Below are positions 62,601 to 64,000 of a DNA stretch of 64,000 bases, in pieces. The notes under the pieces are model-generated. The model did no database searches. It saw only the letters and a program-made list of their open reading frames with translations, and was not told the DNA's origin. How positions within the stretch are numbered: position 1 is the stretch's first letter; every line of letters begins with the position of its first letter. The translations under genes and the position numbers were made by a program. The DNA is from Bugula neritina (taxonomy: Eukaryota > Animalia > Bryozoa), in assembly GCA_964035545.1 (NCBI GenBank), contig OZ037771.1, positions 5,985,190 to 6,049,189 of the forward strand, in the 5' to 3' direction.

Positions 62601-64000
62601 TAGTCATTCCTATAAATAGCTGTAGGATAATGGGGATGACTGCTAAATGAAAAATTTGCATAAAATGCTAATTTGAAATACAATTATTTTATCTGAATTT
62701 TCTGATAATGTGGCGTGGTGTGTTATTGTAATATATTGTTTGTACTGCAGTATTGTCCTTTTACACAAGAGGAACTCATGTTTATCATATAGATTTGGTA
62801 AATTAGGGCCCATTTTAAATAGCTGTTCTGGTTTCACTTCTTTACATTTCTAATTATGTGGCTTCCCTGTGGAAACTTAGTAATTACTTTGTTAAGGGAT
62901 TCTTCGAGCCATATTGAAATCCAAAAGTCAATAACCCTTGACAGATTGTATGTATTGAAATTTGCATATAAAATGTTAGTATATTAGCCTTACAGCAAGG
63001 GTTTTCACGTCACTTCTTTTTAAAGTAAAGCTAGCAGCTTCTTGCTTAGCGTAGTATAAAATAAAGTTAACAGGTAAACGGACAGAAAATATAAAGTATC
63101 AAGAAGTTGATTTGCCACACAAATTCAACCATGCTTAAGTTACAGAATAGTTCTTCAAATTATTGTCACAGGCAAACAAACTGTCTTCAAATGATAACCT
63201 CTGTGGCTAAAACACTTGGATCACCCACCTGTATCAACAGCAATGGCTCTAATGTTATGAAAAGAACTGGTGTCCTCAGGCCTTATTCATTTAATTAATT
63301 GCTATTCCTTATAAGTGTAGTAGTTTCTTTGTTCACTGCATGAGTCACTGTGCTAGTCCTTCTAGTATTGTTTTCTATCTTAGTTTCAATGAGCACAGCT
63401 ACTCCAACACCTGAAGTATATTCAAGTGCTCCAATTCAAACCCTAATCTTTGAACTTGCATAAGAGTAGCAATCCGCTTTTTACTGGAGCCATAGGCATT
63501 TGTAAGTATTTCAAGTTGTGGTTTTCCTGTAATACTGTAGGGACTTGAAACTGTCCCATAACAATCCTGTCTTCAAAGTCAGCTAACAGACCTGTTCAGT
63601 TTTACTGGCTACAAGTTTATCGCAGACATGTTGGGCATATTAGGGACTGTTACTTGATGCATACTTGGCTAATATACAACTATGTGTTACTAATACAGCT
63701 TACTGTGTCAGAATCCGACTTAATTTGTTGGTAATTACCACCTGGCCTTTGAAGTGTCCTTGAATACGTAGTGCATTAATTAATACTGCCTTGTATTCAA
63801 AATGGAGTGGGTTGATACATTATATAGGGAGTTGGTAATCAAGGAAATGTTGACTTCATTCTACTCTACTTTCAAGTTTGTCATAGGATTAGAGCTGCCA
63901 ACTGTATTCTACTTCTCTTTCACCCCCAGTGTAATCTCTAGCTATTAGTTGTAATGGTTAGCCTTAGGATTGTCTTTCAATTTATTATAATTCTAAGTTC

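Noticed and set aside
60740-63960. Patchy protein-like reading frames on the minus strand (e.g. ...KIDEQLSESEENVFSAVCQLVQDRSHE, ...GVGVAVLIETKI...)
   Set aside because: Many stops and frameshifts and no motif I can assign. Possibly decayed TE or pseudogene sequence; needs tBLASTx.

Overview
AT-rich, intron-rich animal genomic DNA. It looks like a marine invertebrate, possibly a lophotrochozoan, but the taxon cannot be established from the sequence. I reconstructed five multi-exon genes by hand from splice sites and reading frames. (1) The 5' half of an ABCC5/11/12-like 'short' MRP ABC transporter (- strand, ATG 14392, running off the left edge). (2) A divergent tetraspanin (+, 20142-24164). 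(3) A secreted S1 serine protease with a Cys-rich N-terminal module (+, 24901-29956). (4) A secreted Reeler-like + S/T linker + chitin-binding type-2-like protein (-, 36937-31119). (5) A complete RAD50 (-, 57709-38713). Three observations stand out. (a) The protease has two tandem 196-nt, phase-identical exons that encode alternative zymogen activation sites (R|IVGG vs L|IVGG) plus the catalytic His. They cannot be co-included in frame, so they look like mutually exclusive exons that switch activation mode. (b) Unrelated minisatellites sit at many intron edges, and in at least four cases the repeat unit spans the true splice junction, giving arrays of about 8-19 copied donor or acceptor sites. 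(c) About 1-kb 'stuttering' AGT/ACT micro-duplication/palindrome zones flank the putative promoters. Also present: two long foldback elements, a MITE, two tRNA-derived SINEs, a Tc1 remnant and dispersed repeats. Exon coordinates are manual and may be off by a few bases.
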